Shown here: one piece after another, positions 51,561 through 64,000 of the stretch
Numbering within the stretch: position 1 is the stretch's first letter
Layout of the letters: the number at the start of each line of letters is the position of its first letter
Source: Lama glama
Taxonomy: Eukaryota
Assembly (NCBI GenBank): GCA_028534125.1
Contig: CM052817.1
Coordinates: 27,468,001 to 27,532,000 of the forward strand
Direction of reading: 5' to 3'
Length of the DNA stretch: 64,000 nucleotides
Notes under the pieces: model-generated
Told to the model about the DNA's origin: nothing
Databases searched by the model: none
What the model saw: the letters and a program-made list of their open reading frames with translations, nothing else
Program-made: the position numbers and the translations under genes

Positions 51561-54500
51561 CTGAGATAACAGCTACTTTCCTGACGTTGACTATATTTTC
51601 GGCCACAGCGATCAATTCACTGGCAAACCCATTTGCCCTATCCGTCACAGGCAATGCAGGTCAATTACAGATTAATCCACACTCCTGGTCCTTACCTGTA
51701 CTCAGTCATTAGAGCTAGATCATTGCTGTTGGATAAAAGCTCAAGTTACCTCTCTGTTTTCTTCTTCATTTCAAACATACAGTAGGGATTTTCATGAAAT
51801 GCTTAGGGCCTCTGAGAAACTAAATCAGACAAATCCTTTACCTTAGTCACCAATAAGCATATTTTTAAATTAATGAATATGAAAAAAATGAATAAATAAG
51901 TATCATGGTGAAACTGTAGGGAAAAGAAGGGGGTAGAAGAAAAGAGAAAGAAAAGATGAAAGAAAAAACTCTGCATTCTCAACTTCCCAAATAAACTCAT
52001 CACTTTGTAATGGCCCTAATGGAGAATTTAAATATACAACTCCAACTTAACCTTAATATACATTACAGTAGGCCCCATTATAGAAGATTCAGGGCTACCC
52101 TTCTTAAAAGATTTCCCTGCCAAACTTAGGAACTGTTCACAAGAAATATTAGGTAAAAGTAGTAAGGCTGTAGTTAACCCCTATCCCCAAGGTCAACGTT
52201 ATAAAAAGGTTCTCATAATTGCTCTCTGAAGTCCCTATTAAGGTCCCTGAATACCAACTTTATTCATTTTTAAGAAGTCCAACATATATATTGATACTGA
52301 GAGAGCAATCAGTATATGTATCTCTCAATTCACATTTGTTCAAAAGGCAGACATGTACCAAAGAAATAAATATGTTTACAAGCCCCAAATCCTTTGCTTT
52401 AAATAGAAGTAAAATGGATAGTGCATTCACAGCTAGATATACCTGCTGTAAGAATGTCTGTCCTGGGAGCTATTGCCCCATAAACCTTCTGGACCATATC
52501 ATAGCCTCAGTCATCCACTTTTTTCCCTTGGCATGGTTAGAGGGATATGATGGTATTGTCAGTGCCCACCAGGCACTGGGCAACAAAAATTAGCCTCATA
52601 TGTCCATCTGCAATCAGACCACAAGGTCAATCAAGAATCAGTGTCAGATTGGATTTTTATTTATCTCCACAAAGACCTTCAGGACTTAATCTAAACTTGA
52701 AAAATTCTTATGACTTAAAAGTTAGCAATAGATCTAAAAACACAACCCACAGGTCCCACCCCCAGAGTTGTTATATTTGATTTGCTTCCTTAAACTAGCC
52801 TCCTTGTTCTTGTTTATGAATCTACTGGTGTAGCCCTGCATAGCTAACGCAGTGATCCCAAACTACAGCTAAAATCTGTTCTTCTTCCTGATTTGCTGCA
52901 GCACAATGAAAGATAACCACATCTAAAATTGGGAGACAGCAGCTGCTCATACATTTCTTCATTAAATAAACATCGGGATACCTGCTGATTGAAACCATTT
53001 TGGGGTTCTGTTGTGCATGGCTCTTTAAAACCCTTCCCATATGTTAGCCTCTATTAAATTCAACAACTTTGCTCTAGCTGCCTCTTAATCAGAGGTTATT
53101 AAATCCTTATTAAAACTCAAAAATGTTCTAAAGTAAAATTGTATCTCATAATTGCAAAGAAGAGATAAAGTGCCATTTTTAAACAATTTTTTAAAGTCAT
53201 GTACAAGGTAGTAGGTGTCATGAATTTTCTGCATGATTTGACCTTCTGATCCCAGTCTGTTTAAGTTACCCAACTAAGGGAGAGAGGAGGTAGATTTGAT
53301 TTAAATTATTTACTTGGTATTGCCTTTTAAATTCCTAAAAATGTTTCAGTAAACCACATCATTTTCAGAAATTGTAAGATCTGACAATAACTACCAAAGT
53401 AATCATCCTCATAGCAAGTTAATGAATGTCATTATTGAAAATAAGAAGACTGTTATCCTTGCTTATTGTGCATGTAAACAGAAGCATTAAAAGATTTTTG
53501 AAAAGCATAATTGATAATTGTCAGATTATGGATTTGTATCAAATGACAGACTTAAAAGATTATACTATTAGGAAAATAAGTAAATTCTATATGATAGTTT
53601 AGGATGTGGTGATAGTTAGCCAGAGAAGTGAAGGGTGAAATGAATTACACAATAAATTCAGGATTTAGCAACAGGCAAACTGGACAATTGTAGGTCAAAA
53701 TACCTTCTTTTCCACTCACCTGGGGGCATTTTTCCTCTTTGTATGTACAGGCACAGCCCTTTTTCTTTCTCTCTTCCTTTTCTTTCTTTTTTTCTTTTTC
53801 CTATTTGAAGCATTTTTATTTCCTTCATTTTGTTGCAAGTAGGGAAACAAAAATGGGTATATTGAGGGAAATATCCAGATAATTCTAAAGAACAAAAACC
53901 TTCCATGAAAGGAGAATTCCTGTCACCCAGCTCCCCAAGTGGGCTGTTGGCATTGATTTAACTGCCCTTGTGGTTTCCTTTGGTCTGTGCAGATATTAGC
54001 TTATTAAAGGTAAGTGGCAAGTGGGAAGAGGGTCTTGCAAGAACTGGATACCTTTTGGATTTCTTTTTTCTTTCTTTATTTCTTTTTTATGGGTATGGGA
54101 AAGAATGGTTGAGAAATGTGTCCCTGATTTAGTAAGAGGCCAGAGAGGAGGTGGGAAGAAAACTCCATTGTCCTTGTAGTCCTACCATGAATGAACATTG
54201 TGACCACCATTTTATCTGCACAGCCCTCAGTTTTCTCATCTGAAAAATGGGAAGTTAAATTAATCCAGACATTCCCTCCCTGGTCTACAGTTCTGGTCTT
54301 AGGAAAACCAGTACCTGACAAAGTCTATGGGTCACCATTTGTCCTTTGCACTATACTTTATTTATAGAACACAGGGCACCACTTGGAACTACTTGACATT
54401 TTTCTGCTCATCAGTAAGGCTTCTGCTCTCATCAACAATGACAACAATAAAATGGCTTTCACTACATGTACAGAACATGACAAAATTGCGAAATAAAAAT

Positions 54501-55849
54501 TTTACCAGTTGTATGGTAGGTAGATTCCTGAAAGAAGCTCTGTAAAAGAGACTTCAACAGCAAACAAAATTCTACCATTTCATTTCTTTACATAATAATT
54601 TCAGATATGCTTTTTTTTTGATATCCTGATTGGAAGTAACTAACACATTTTCAACTTTTAGTTTTTGTACTATGCTTCTCCCCTTGTCCTTCCTTACTAA
54701 ATAGATTTTGTAGATACCATGGATATATCTAAAATAAATATTAAGAGCAAATGAGGATGACAGGGCATTAGGAAAAATATTAAACAAGATAATTATTTTC
54801 CCTTCATGAATTTGCTATCTGCAATGATCTTTCTGAATTCCAGAAAATACTTTTAAATTTAAAATATGGCATAATAGAGCTAGTAGATATGTTTTCCACC
54901 TTATAAAATATAAAATTGATAGTAAAATGGCATTGAAAGAGTGAAATAAAGGGTCACTCAGATAGTTATACGTTAAGTTAAAATGTTTACTGCTTGACAG
55001 CAAGATTTATTAAAGACAAATGAGAGGTGGGGATTCTTTTTCTGAATCTCCAATTGTCATTTTAAATTGTACACCATGAGAGTGTATCCAAAAACTGCAA
55101 ATTATTTTAGCTAATAACGAGTGCTTAAATAACTGTAGCCACAGTTATGTGCTTCATTCAAAACTAATAAAGCCAGTAAGTTAATAACAGTAATTAACTC
55201 CCACTGTACCATAGTCCCTTCTATAGATGCTTTGTAACATACATTCGGTATCTAGTTAGGGAGGATGGAAAAGCAAAGCACAAAAAGAAGATGCTGCTCA
55301 TCTGATGGGTATAGGGGGGAAATCTTACATCAAGAACTATAAATACATTTGCTGCATAATTGTGTACACTCCTACAAGATCTATGAGCTCATGAAGACAT
55401 GCCAGGTAATTAATTCACAAATAGCTAAGAATGTCAGGCCTGGTTGACAGTGAAGAACCAGTACTGTCCTTCAAGAACCTTTGAAGATAGCTGGTTAACT
55501 AAAAACATGGAGTAAGAGATTATCAAAATGAAAACATTTTGAGGGGAAGGGTCAAGAAGATTTCAAAGAAGAGGGACTGAATCCGCCATGGGCAGTGACT
55601 AGGAAGTGACGTGTTATATAGGCTGAATAAACAGATAATTTTCTTCATAATGAGGAGGAAAAATTTAAAATGTCCTCCACTTAGAAATTATTTCAGCTAA
55701 TATTGTGAAAGGTCTTTGGCTGTAGTGGGTTAAATACCCTTTTCGGGTTTCTTTCTGCTGTTTCTTTTAGCATTTCCATTTATTCACCTTATATAAAGGG
55801 CCATTCCTCAAGTTCAAGAATAGGAAGGACACAGGGCCAGTGGGTGGTG

Positions 55850-55850
55850 G

Positions 55851-55894
<44 letters not shown>
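55850..55894. repeat. (GTT)n trinucleotide microsatellite
   Basis: Direct. Confidence 0.97.
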
Positions 55895-56609
55895 AGGAAA
55901 ATAGGTTTACATCCCAGCATGGTGTCTAAAATGATATCTAAAGAGTCTGGTGAGCAACCACTGAGCAAATGAAATTTCCTCACCAACTCATAGTCTCCTG
56001 CAACGAGTCTATTGACAGAGAAGTATCCAGATCGGACCCATATTCTTCTGATTTGAGCAATAAAAGAAAAAAACCTTCTTGTGTATTTTGTGGAAAACAC
56101 AAACACACACTAAGAAAAAAAAAATACCCAAAGCAACACACTTAGCAACTCAGTAGGGAAAAAGGTCAGGCTACTACTGACAAGTATGTAAAGATACCTC
56201 CTAAACCATGGGAAAACATGTATAAATCGTTTCGACTCACTGCATTCAGAACCCATGGAAGGGAATCACAAAACTGCACTTTGGCATTGTTGGCCTGAAA
56301 GGATATCTATTTATCATCTTATAAGACAGCTCGAATGATCTTTATCTACTTTGCCCACTTTCTGACCCAAATTCAGGGTTTTTATGGAAAATTGCAGTCA
56401 CTTTGATTGATGAAATCCGAAGATGTCTAAAATGGCACCAAAGATCTCCAACTGTGCAGACTCCAGCCGAGGGCTTCAATGTTGGCATTGTTCCTGGAGG
56501 AATAGAAAAAGAAAAAGAAAAAGTTGAGAAAAACAGGCAAAAGTTAGGGAATTTCTGCTTTAAAACTTCAAATTTCAATGAAGATCCCCAAACCCATTAT
56601 CCCTGTTCA

Positions 56610-57270
56610 CACGTGCGAACTGGGAGCACATCAAAGTATTTCCCACACATCGCAACAAAACGGAGTTCCTCGTGAACCAATAAACTTTCTTTGTGACCCG
56701 CTGAATGGCTGGATCTACGGAGCGAGCGGGTTTCAGAAAGGCGCTCAGAAAGGCAGCGTGGAACCGGGAGCTGGGAACCGGGGAGCCCGGCGCGCCTCGC
56801 CTCCCTGGGCGCGGGAAGGAGAGACTAACTAGTCTACCAATCGGCCTGGCCGCCGGCCGTCTGGGGCTTTAAAACACCCTAACGAGGAGTCGAGCAGCCA
56901 CTGAAGGCCTCCTTGTTCCCGGGCAGGGCAGCCAGAGCGTCCTCCCCGCTCTCTTCCCAGCCCGCCGGCGGCGCCACTATTAACCCAGAGCCAGACCCAG
57001 GCGGAGGGACCGGCGCCCAGGCCCGCGGAAGCAGGAGACAGCCATGGTAGTAGGTCCGGTTTCGGGGGGAGCGATGCATTATAGAGGAATATTGTCACCT
57101 GCCTAATTGTTCCAAGCGGGTCTCCTCCCCTCCCCCATTAGTAATAATAGCTGGAGCGCGCCTCCTACCCGGTTACCAGGCCCGGGAGCTGATGAATGAA
57201 CCCCCTCGTAGGGGAAAATCTTGGGAGCTGTCTTCTGTCGCATTACCCAAGGGGGCCGGCTATAAATCTT
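56610..57270. promoter_or_regulatory. Small CpG island / candidate promoter
   Basis: CpG-rich, with a CCAAT at ~56837 and a TATA-like 'tataaat' at ~57261. Confidence 0.65.
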
Positions 57271-59240
57271 CCTTCATTTTAACCACATTTACCCTCATCC
57301 TCCTCCGGGCTAGGGATGCTGCGTTAAGATTGCACTGATGTGCCAACGCTCTGGACCAGCTGCTCCTAAATACAGACAGGTCTTTGTCAATTAAGGCTTT
57401 GAGAAGCAGGTCCTCGGGGCCCTGGGGCATTGGAGCAGCCAGCAGCGTGCAGCCCCCACAATTAGTATCCATTTGGAAGGGACCTTCAGGGCACAAATGC
57501 ACAGGCAAAGGAAGAATCAAAACACCAGGCAACTTCAATTCTGGAAATTGGTCGTGTAAGTGTTGTGAAACTGAACAGACGGCCCCCAAGAAGGGAGCTA
57601 AGATTTCTGGTGCAAGAGAGGCCTCTCTCCTGCCACCATCCCCCAACCCCTTCCCAATATTTTCCCTTTGTCTTGTCTCAAACCAGGCAGTAGATTGAGT
57701 TTGTGGATAGGTTTGGGGGGAAAGAAAGATAAATGAATACATTCATTTGCCTGCTCCTAGCTGAAGTTGTCTTTTGGTGCCTTTTGTGGCCACCTCAAGC
57801 AGCTGGTCAACCCTGCCCGGACCCTGGCCTTTGGCCCAGGGGGTGCTGGACAAGGCAGGCGCTCCAAGGAGAAGAGCTGCGATGTATCAGGTCAGGGAGG
57901 CCAAGCCGCGGTGGGCCAGGCTGAGCATTAGCAGCTCAGCTAAACAAAACCCAAAAGGCTCAGGGGGCCTGGGGCACCAGGAGGGAAGGTGTTTGTTTAA
58001 GCGATTGGGAGCAGTTGGTAGTTAGGGGTGGAGAAAAGGGCAGAGCTTGTGACACAGGGCAACTTAGCTGGACAGCCAGGGTGGACATTCAGAGGACATC
58101 ACTGTTTAAGACTGTGTGTGTGACCCCCACCAAGTTCAAGAACAGAGCAAACAGCACAAGCCATTAGGGACAGCCGTCAAATGGATGGCAACAAAGCCAA
58201 GAGGGGCCTTGAGAAAAATGTTTCAATATTAAATATGGAAAAGTATCCAGGGCCCAGGGCAGGGGGTCAATGAAAGTCAACAAGAGCTTAGGCTTAATGA
58301 GAGAAAGAATTTAATATCAAATATGCATAAATCTGCAAGTGAGGCAGCCTGATAATAGAGAGAAAAGAACCAGTTCAGTCAACATTCTGTGATAATGGCA
58401 CCATAATAGATAGCATCAGGTTGTTAACATTTAACACAAAAGTGAAGAGAATGAAAGGCAAGGCAGCTCCCTTAATTGAGAACCTGCTGGAAGATTTCCA
58501 CATGCCACAAGGGATGAGTCCGTTGCTAACTAGCTGCCTTATCAACGTTCTGACCGTCGGGAGAAAGGTGGACCGGCTCCTTCTTGGAGTCTCACCACTA
58601 CCCCACTTCTCCCCCTTCCCAAGTTTTCCGTCTCAGAGGCACACACTTTCTCCAGAGTCAAAAAGTCTTTCCTCTCAGAACCCATTGTGATGTCCTCCTA
58701 TTTCAGCCAGGAAGTGAAGTTTCTTTTAAAATTCACCTCTTCTCCCTGAGTGATCCAGCAACGTTCTTAGCAAAGAGCATATTATGAAAAGAATGGCTTG
58801 GATTGTCTTATTTTTCCTGCTAAGAATGAAAGCATGTATTTCTTCAGAAGGGAGGGTCAGTCAAAAAGCTTCAAAAGAATGTCTCGCTTTGCTCACTTTT
58901 TTTCCCCCCAATCAATAATAAATCTTATTTTCAAGGAGACTTCCAGCAGTAGAGCCTTTAAAATTCAGTGAAGCTCCCTGAAGCAAGTATTTTGGCTGTA
59001 TGTGATAGATCTCTAGGATTCTGCCTACATGAGAAAAGACCTTCTCTTTCATTTCAACAAGTAGATGCTGAAAATCAAGGAGGGACCATCCTATCCTGAC
59101 AGCAACCCAGTAAGTGCTAAGTCACTCCAGCTGTGGACAGCTGCTGCTTGAATCTCAGCATCCTCCCATTCCTGTACATTCAGAAGACAGAGCCCACCTT
59201 GCAGGCAGTCATCATTGGGGGCGGCTTCTACAGAGGAAGC

Positions 59241-59376
59241 TGAGTGGAGAGTATAGCTCAGTGGTAGAGCACGTGCTTGGCATGCCAGAGGTGCTGGGTT
59301 CAATCCTCAGTACTACCCTTAAAAAATAAATAAATAAACCTAATCCCCTCCCAAAAAACAAACAAGCAAACGAACA
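59241..59376 (+). mobile_element. tRNA-derived SINE (Vic-1-type)
   Basis: 'gtatagctcagtggtagagcacgtgcttggcatg...gggttcaatcc'. TSD acagaggaagc (59230-59240) / acagagggagc (59377-59387). Confidence 0.9.
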
Positions 59377-60430
59377 ACAGAGGGAGCCATGACTCCCTAA
59401 TCCGTATCTTCCATTCCCAGGATACTTGTTTGTTTTCAAAACACATTTATATACCTCATCAGAGTTAGTAGGGTAGTAGGGTAGACATTATTATTCCCAC
59501 AGTTTGGTGAGGACACAGATTTAGAAAGACTAAATAAGCCAACTCATTTTTCAGAGTCAGGATTCCTAATCTAGTGTGTATTCCACACCTTCCTTGTACT
59601 TTGTCCTCCACTATTTGGAATGCAAAATTCAGAGGCACAGTGAAAAACTGATGTCTTCCTCAAGCCTGCACAGGTGGCCAGGAGTCAAGAGGTGCTCGTT
59701 CCTGTCTGGGCTGCATTTTAGAGCACCTAGAGAATTTAGGGGACTCCCAGAGTATGTGTCCAAACAGGCTGATTCCACACTCCAGTGAGAAAACTGAAGC
59801 TCAGAGCCTTTCAGTACCTGACCCAGGTCCCAGAGTCAGGAAGTAGCAAATCGAGACTCAACCTGAGTCCTGAGGTTCCACAGCGAGGTTACACCGGAAA
59901 CTCTTCAGTATCCACTACACCTGATTTTTCTTCCAAGCAAACTGCAAATTCTTTGGATGCAGTGTTTTCTGATTTTCTTGTATCTCCTGTGGAACTATTC
60001 CTTCACAAAGCATTTGTGGAATTAATTAAAGAATGACTAAAGGCTAGTAAGTGAATGGATGGGATTAGGAACGCTAATCAAAGAGCCTACCTCCAGTGCC
60101 ATTGACAGTGTGACAGTGTGAAAACCATACTCCAGATATTAGAACATTTAGATGACCCTTTTTTAATGGAAAGAAACATAAGGCTAACTGGCCCCAGAGC
60201 TTTGGATTCTGGAGATTACTGTTTGTTTTGTTTTGTTTTGCTAAGAGCTGCTAAGTCAAAGTCTTGTTCGTGCAACTGCAAGTGCCCATCACCCTTGAGC
60301 TAGGACAGCCCAGTTTCAGCTCCTCACCTATTCCTGGGCAGGTATGGAAATCAGAGGTCAGGAGGCCACACTTGGATGATGCTGGATGGGACTGTGCTAC
60401 CCCATCACACTAGGAGTTCACTCTGATCAC

Positions 60431-60471
60431 CAGCCCTTTAAGAGCCCTTTAACAGCCCTTTAACAGCCCTT
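60431..60471. repeat. 11-bp tandem repeat (c/g)agccctttaa, ~3.7 copies
   Basis: cagccctttaa gagccctttaa cagccctttaa cagccctt. Confidence 0.9.
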
Positions 60472-60649
60472 CCATCCCGAAGTTCTGAGATGCTGTCCTG
60501 ATCCTCTTGACTCCTGGCCACCTGAGCCTAAGTAGGCACGAGATGATGGCAGGAAGTCAGTGGCACCCGTCCCCACCCACCCAGAATTAGGCTGACTCTG
60601 GCATCTTCAGGCCAGCTCCAGCTGGGGATCCACGCTGGACACAAGGCTG

Positions 60650-63600
60650 GCCAGGCGATTCCCTGGAATCTTCGGAATCATTCTCCCCCCTCCCCACCAT
60701 CCGCTCCCTCCAGTCTTGGCGCCTGGCGACCGCAGCGCGTGGCGCCAGCACAGGCACTTCCGGGGCCGCCCCCGCACCCCTACTAAATCAGGTCAAGGGG
60801 AGCACACGCCGGGCGCCAGACTGCTCTGACCGGCTGGCCTGGTCCCAGCTGCGACCTCAGACAGTCCAGGACCAAGCAAGTGGTCGGCACAGAAGCCGCT
60901 CTTCCCTCTCCCTCATCCCAGGACTGGCCAGGGGAGGGGACTGGGGAGGCGGGACCACTGCCTGTAACTCAAGGTGCCTTTATGTCACCTGGGAAAGCTC
61001 AGGATGCCTGGAACAGCGCAACCAATGTCTGAGGCAAAAGCAGGGAGGAACCCGTCTTCGCAGAAGCTAACTGATTTGTCTGGCGACAGTGTGAATACCA
61101 AGCTACACTAGAACCCGAATTAGCGGCGGACAAGACAGGAGGCTAGCATTTACAGTGTTATAACTTTTTTTTTATTCTAAAGAACAATGCACTGTGGCTA
61201 AATGCAACAAAGATTTTTCCGCGGGTTCAGGAGGTCAAGCAGATGTAGACAAGCGCTCGGAACTTATTTATGTCAAGTCGGGTTATTGTAAAGGCGAGAG
61301 AACGAATCGCCGAGGCGGCGCGGGCAGCCAGTAGGCCCGCGCGCCGGGGTCAGGGTGGCGGACAGTGTGTCCATCCTGGCGGGACAGTAATTGCCCCGGG
61401 TCTGACACGACGCCAGGGACCCCGGGCGCCTCCATCCATCTCCGTCCAGTTAGCGACCTGCCCCCGGACCGGGCAGGAGGCCGGGCTTGGGCCTCAGCTT
61501 CGAATAATGGGAAGAATTGTCTCCCTGCCTGGCACTACCCTTCATGCTTGGGGTTCTCTGCCCCTTTCCTTTTTCCGCCCTAACTTGTCCCCAGCCTGGG
61601 CATCGACGTCTGCTCTGAGCGCAGGGCACAGCTGCAGGCAGGGTGCCTGGGAGGACACCGAAGCTACGGAGCCCTATCACCCTCCGCTCGGCTTCTGGCC
61701 GCTAACCTGCTTGGTCCTCCAACCTGCCTGGCCAGCGCAGACGCCCAGCCCTCCCTTCTCACCCAAGACCCTTCGGATCTTGCCCAGAATTTTCCGTCAT
61801 TGCTGGGGGCTGGTAAAGATTCTTCCCCCTCTGACAGTTTAATAGTCCCGAGTCATCATCTGCCTGACATTGGCCATCCATCTTCTCCCAAGGGAGGACA
61901 AAGCCGGGCCTCCAGGACTCCAGGCCTCTCCCTCCCCAGCTCTTTCTATTTTGGGAAAGCCTCCCCACAATGGCGTAGTTATGAACCATAATGGCTATGT
62001 TTATGAAGGCCGCAATACCAGCGTATGAAGACAATTTTATGCCTAATTAGAAAATGATGTAACCAGAGAGAAGACAAAGAGAAGCTGTCCCCCCTCCCGT
62101 TTCTCTCTCTTCAATCACACCCCAAATTTGCTGGGGCCGGTCTCCTTGCGAGTGCTCCGGGCTCCGGGCTCCGGGCTCCGGGACTCTGTTTTGACAGCAT
62201 CTCGGCTCCCTATGCTCTCGGTTGGCCTTGGCCGCGCGGTGGGCGGCGGCCCGCATGTCCCGCGGCAGAGGGCAAAGGCTGGGGGGGCGGGACGTCGCGG
62301 GGAGGGGGCAGAGGCGGGCGCAGAGGTTTAAAGAGATTTGGGACGCGCGCTCTTGCACTTTTCTCTCCTCCACGAGCCCCCATCCGAGGGGACTTCACCC
62401 CTGGGAAGACTCCAATAAGTGCAGCCCGGCGCCACTCGATTCTGGGATAATTTTTAATATATATGCAATAAATGTTCACTTTGTTAGATTGAATGACAGA
62501 CAATAATATCGGCAAATCTTCATATCCATCCATTACCAGCAAATGAGCCGCACAAAGGACAGATTTGCTTTTGATTAATTTATTTGCAGACTCGGGTTGA
62601 TAAAGCAATAACTATTTGGTTAAACTTGACATTTGGTCTTCGGGGGGTTATCAGACAAATCCCTGTCGTTCGAGAGAGATAATAAAGCTGTTTAAAGGGG
62701 ATTAATTATTAATTGGCTGCAATTAATTTCCCCCCTTTGCTCGGCTGCTGCCACAATGCGCATCACTCACCTACAAACAAAAGGCAGTGGTTTGCCACCA
62801 CTCCACCCACCTGGGGCGAGGAGGGGTTCCCCAAAGCCCCAAGCAGAGATGTGGCCTCTTGTACCTCAGTTATTCTTGCGCAGACAATTTTAATGAACCA
62901 CTGTGCTGGGTGAAACCTGTCCATTTGGTAGCCATGAACTCTGTCTCGAGTCGAGAAATCCGACTGAGCTTCGGAATCAAGGGTCCGACCAAGCACCCAC
63001 CTGACTAGTGTGGCCTCTGTACAGATTCCCCCGTCTAGATATTTTTGGGGACAGCAGCATCAGTTCACGATACCCGTTGTTTTATCTAAGTGCAAGTCCC
63101 ACAGTTTGTCTCCCAGGGACGAGAGCTTGAGGATTGAGCCCGAGCCGAGCCTCGGAGAATAGAGCGACTGCCCTGCTCACTGCGCGGAGAAAATACCCTT
63201 TCCCCCTCGCTCCAGTGCTGAAACCCTTCCCGCTGCCTCCCTGGCCTGTAACTCCCTTCTGGCGGCTACAGGGGTGCGAGAAGGCCGAGGTCAGACCCCA
63301 ATTCCATGCAGACGCCGAATGACTGCGGGCTGCGCTCAGGCCAGCCCGCTGGACCCTGCCAAGGAATCATCCAGCCGCAGCGTGCTTGGCCCCGAGCGCG
63401 CGGCACCTTCGTGACCCAGGGTGCCCCTTCCTTTGCTAATAACCTGTCATAGTTTTACAGAACACATACTGAGTCAAAAGCTGGCCGGGCCTGGCCAGCT
63501 AAAGCCCAGGCTGCCACGGCCTCCCTGACATCCACTGCCTTCCAGGGTCCTGCACCCTTCAAGGCGAGAACCCAGGGCAGATGTTGGTAGGGTTCTCTCT

Positions 63601-64000
63601 GGCTTGGGAGCCGCGGGAGTCTGTCTCACTATCCGTAAATCCATGGCTTAGCCCACAGCCAGTCTTTGACATCACAGCCGAGCAACCGGGGAAGCCCGGG
63701 ACCGCACCTCTCTCTCGTCGCTCAGCAAAGGAACAAACGTAAGGAAGAGATTCCCTTGCTCAAGGAACCGGGAGCAGTAAAAGGGGTGGGTAGCACGAAC
63801 AAGCGGGCTCCAAACAGTGGTTTGGCTTGCCAGTCCTGTTCTTTCTTGGCAGGCAGAAAATTCAACGCAAACAATCCCCAAGTGACCTGGCTGGAGAAAA
63901 ACTGGGGACAGAATGGGACCGGGAATCGCCGGTCAGACAAACTTGGGCTCAGGTGTTCAAAATATAACCTGCCCGCGGAAAAACTGATGGAGAACCTTGG
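60650..64000. promoter_or_regulatory. Extended CpG-rich region continuing to the window edge
   Basis: Several CpG-dense stretches (60700-60900, 61300-61500, 62130-62440, 63130-63420, 63660-64000) interleaved with AT-rich motif blocks. Confidence 0.75.
62154..62181. repeat. (GCTCCGG)4 heptamer repeat
   Basis: Direct. Confidence 0.9.

Noticed and set aside
60431..60471. Short direct-repeat array as a possible CRISPR-like structure
   Set aside because: No spacers, mammalian context, and best explained by slippage.
61270..61842. 190-aa ORF and other ORFs in the CpG islands
   Set aside because: No recognisable domain. Stop-poor frames are expected in GC-rich DNA.
47000..64000. Naming the neighbouring developmental gene
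   Set aside because: No coding exon is present, so the sequence alone does not support a gene name.

Overview
This is non-coding mammalian DNA, most likely from a camelid (alpaca, llama or camel). That inference rests on five copies of a tRNA-derived SINE matching the camelid Vic-1 type and on cetartiodactyl-type L1 3' ends. I found no credible protein-coding gene or RNA gene. The ORF track reflects microsatellites, retroelement remnants, GC-rich open frames and an assembly gap. The window has three zones. (1) 1-37.8 kb is dense in old repeats (MIR, L2, MaLR LTRs, hAT MITEs, L1), several of them nested with readable target-site duplications (TSDs), and has a few repeat-free enhancer-like islands. 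(2) After a 500-N gap (37810-38309) comes about 10 kb of AT-rich sequence with no repeat I could recognise. (3) 47-64 kb holds three CpG-rich islands without coding ORFs, with embedded AT-rich blocks of homeodomain-type motifs. By inference, this layout resembles the regulatory flank of a developmental transcription-factor gene lying outside the window; I cannot name the gene. I see no convincing novel biological system. The best leads are a possible hairpin with loop pairing at about 41.7 kb, an old ~94-bp tandem duplication at about 9.2 kb, the repeat-free zone, and motif-dense cores in the CpG islands. Repeat family names and boundaries come from recognising consensus sequences by eye and are approximate.
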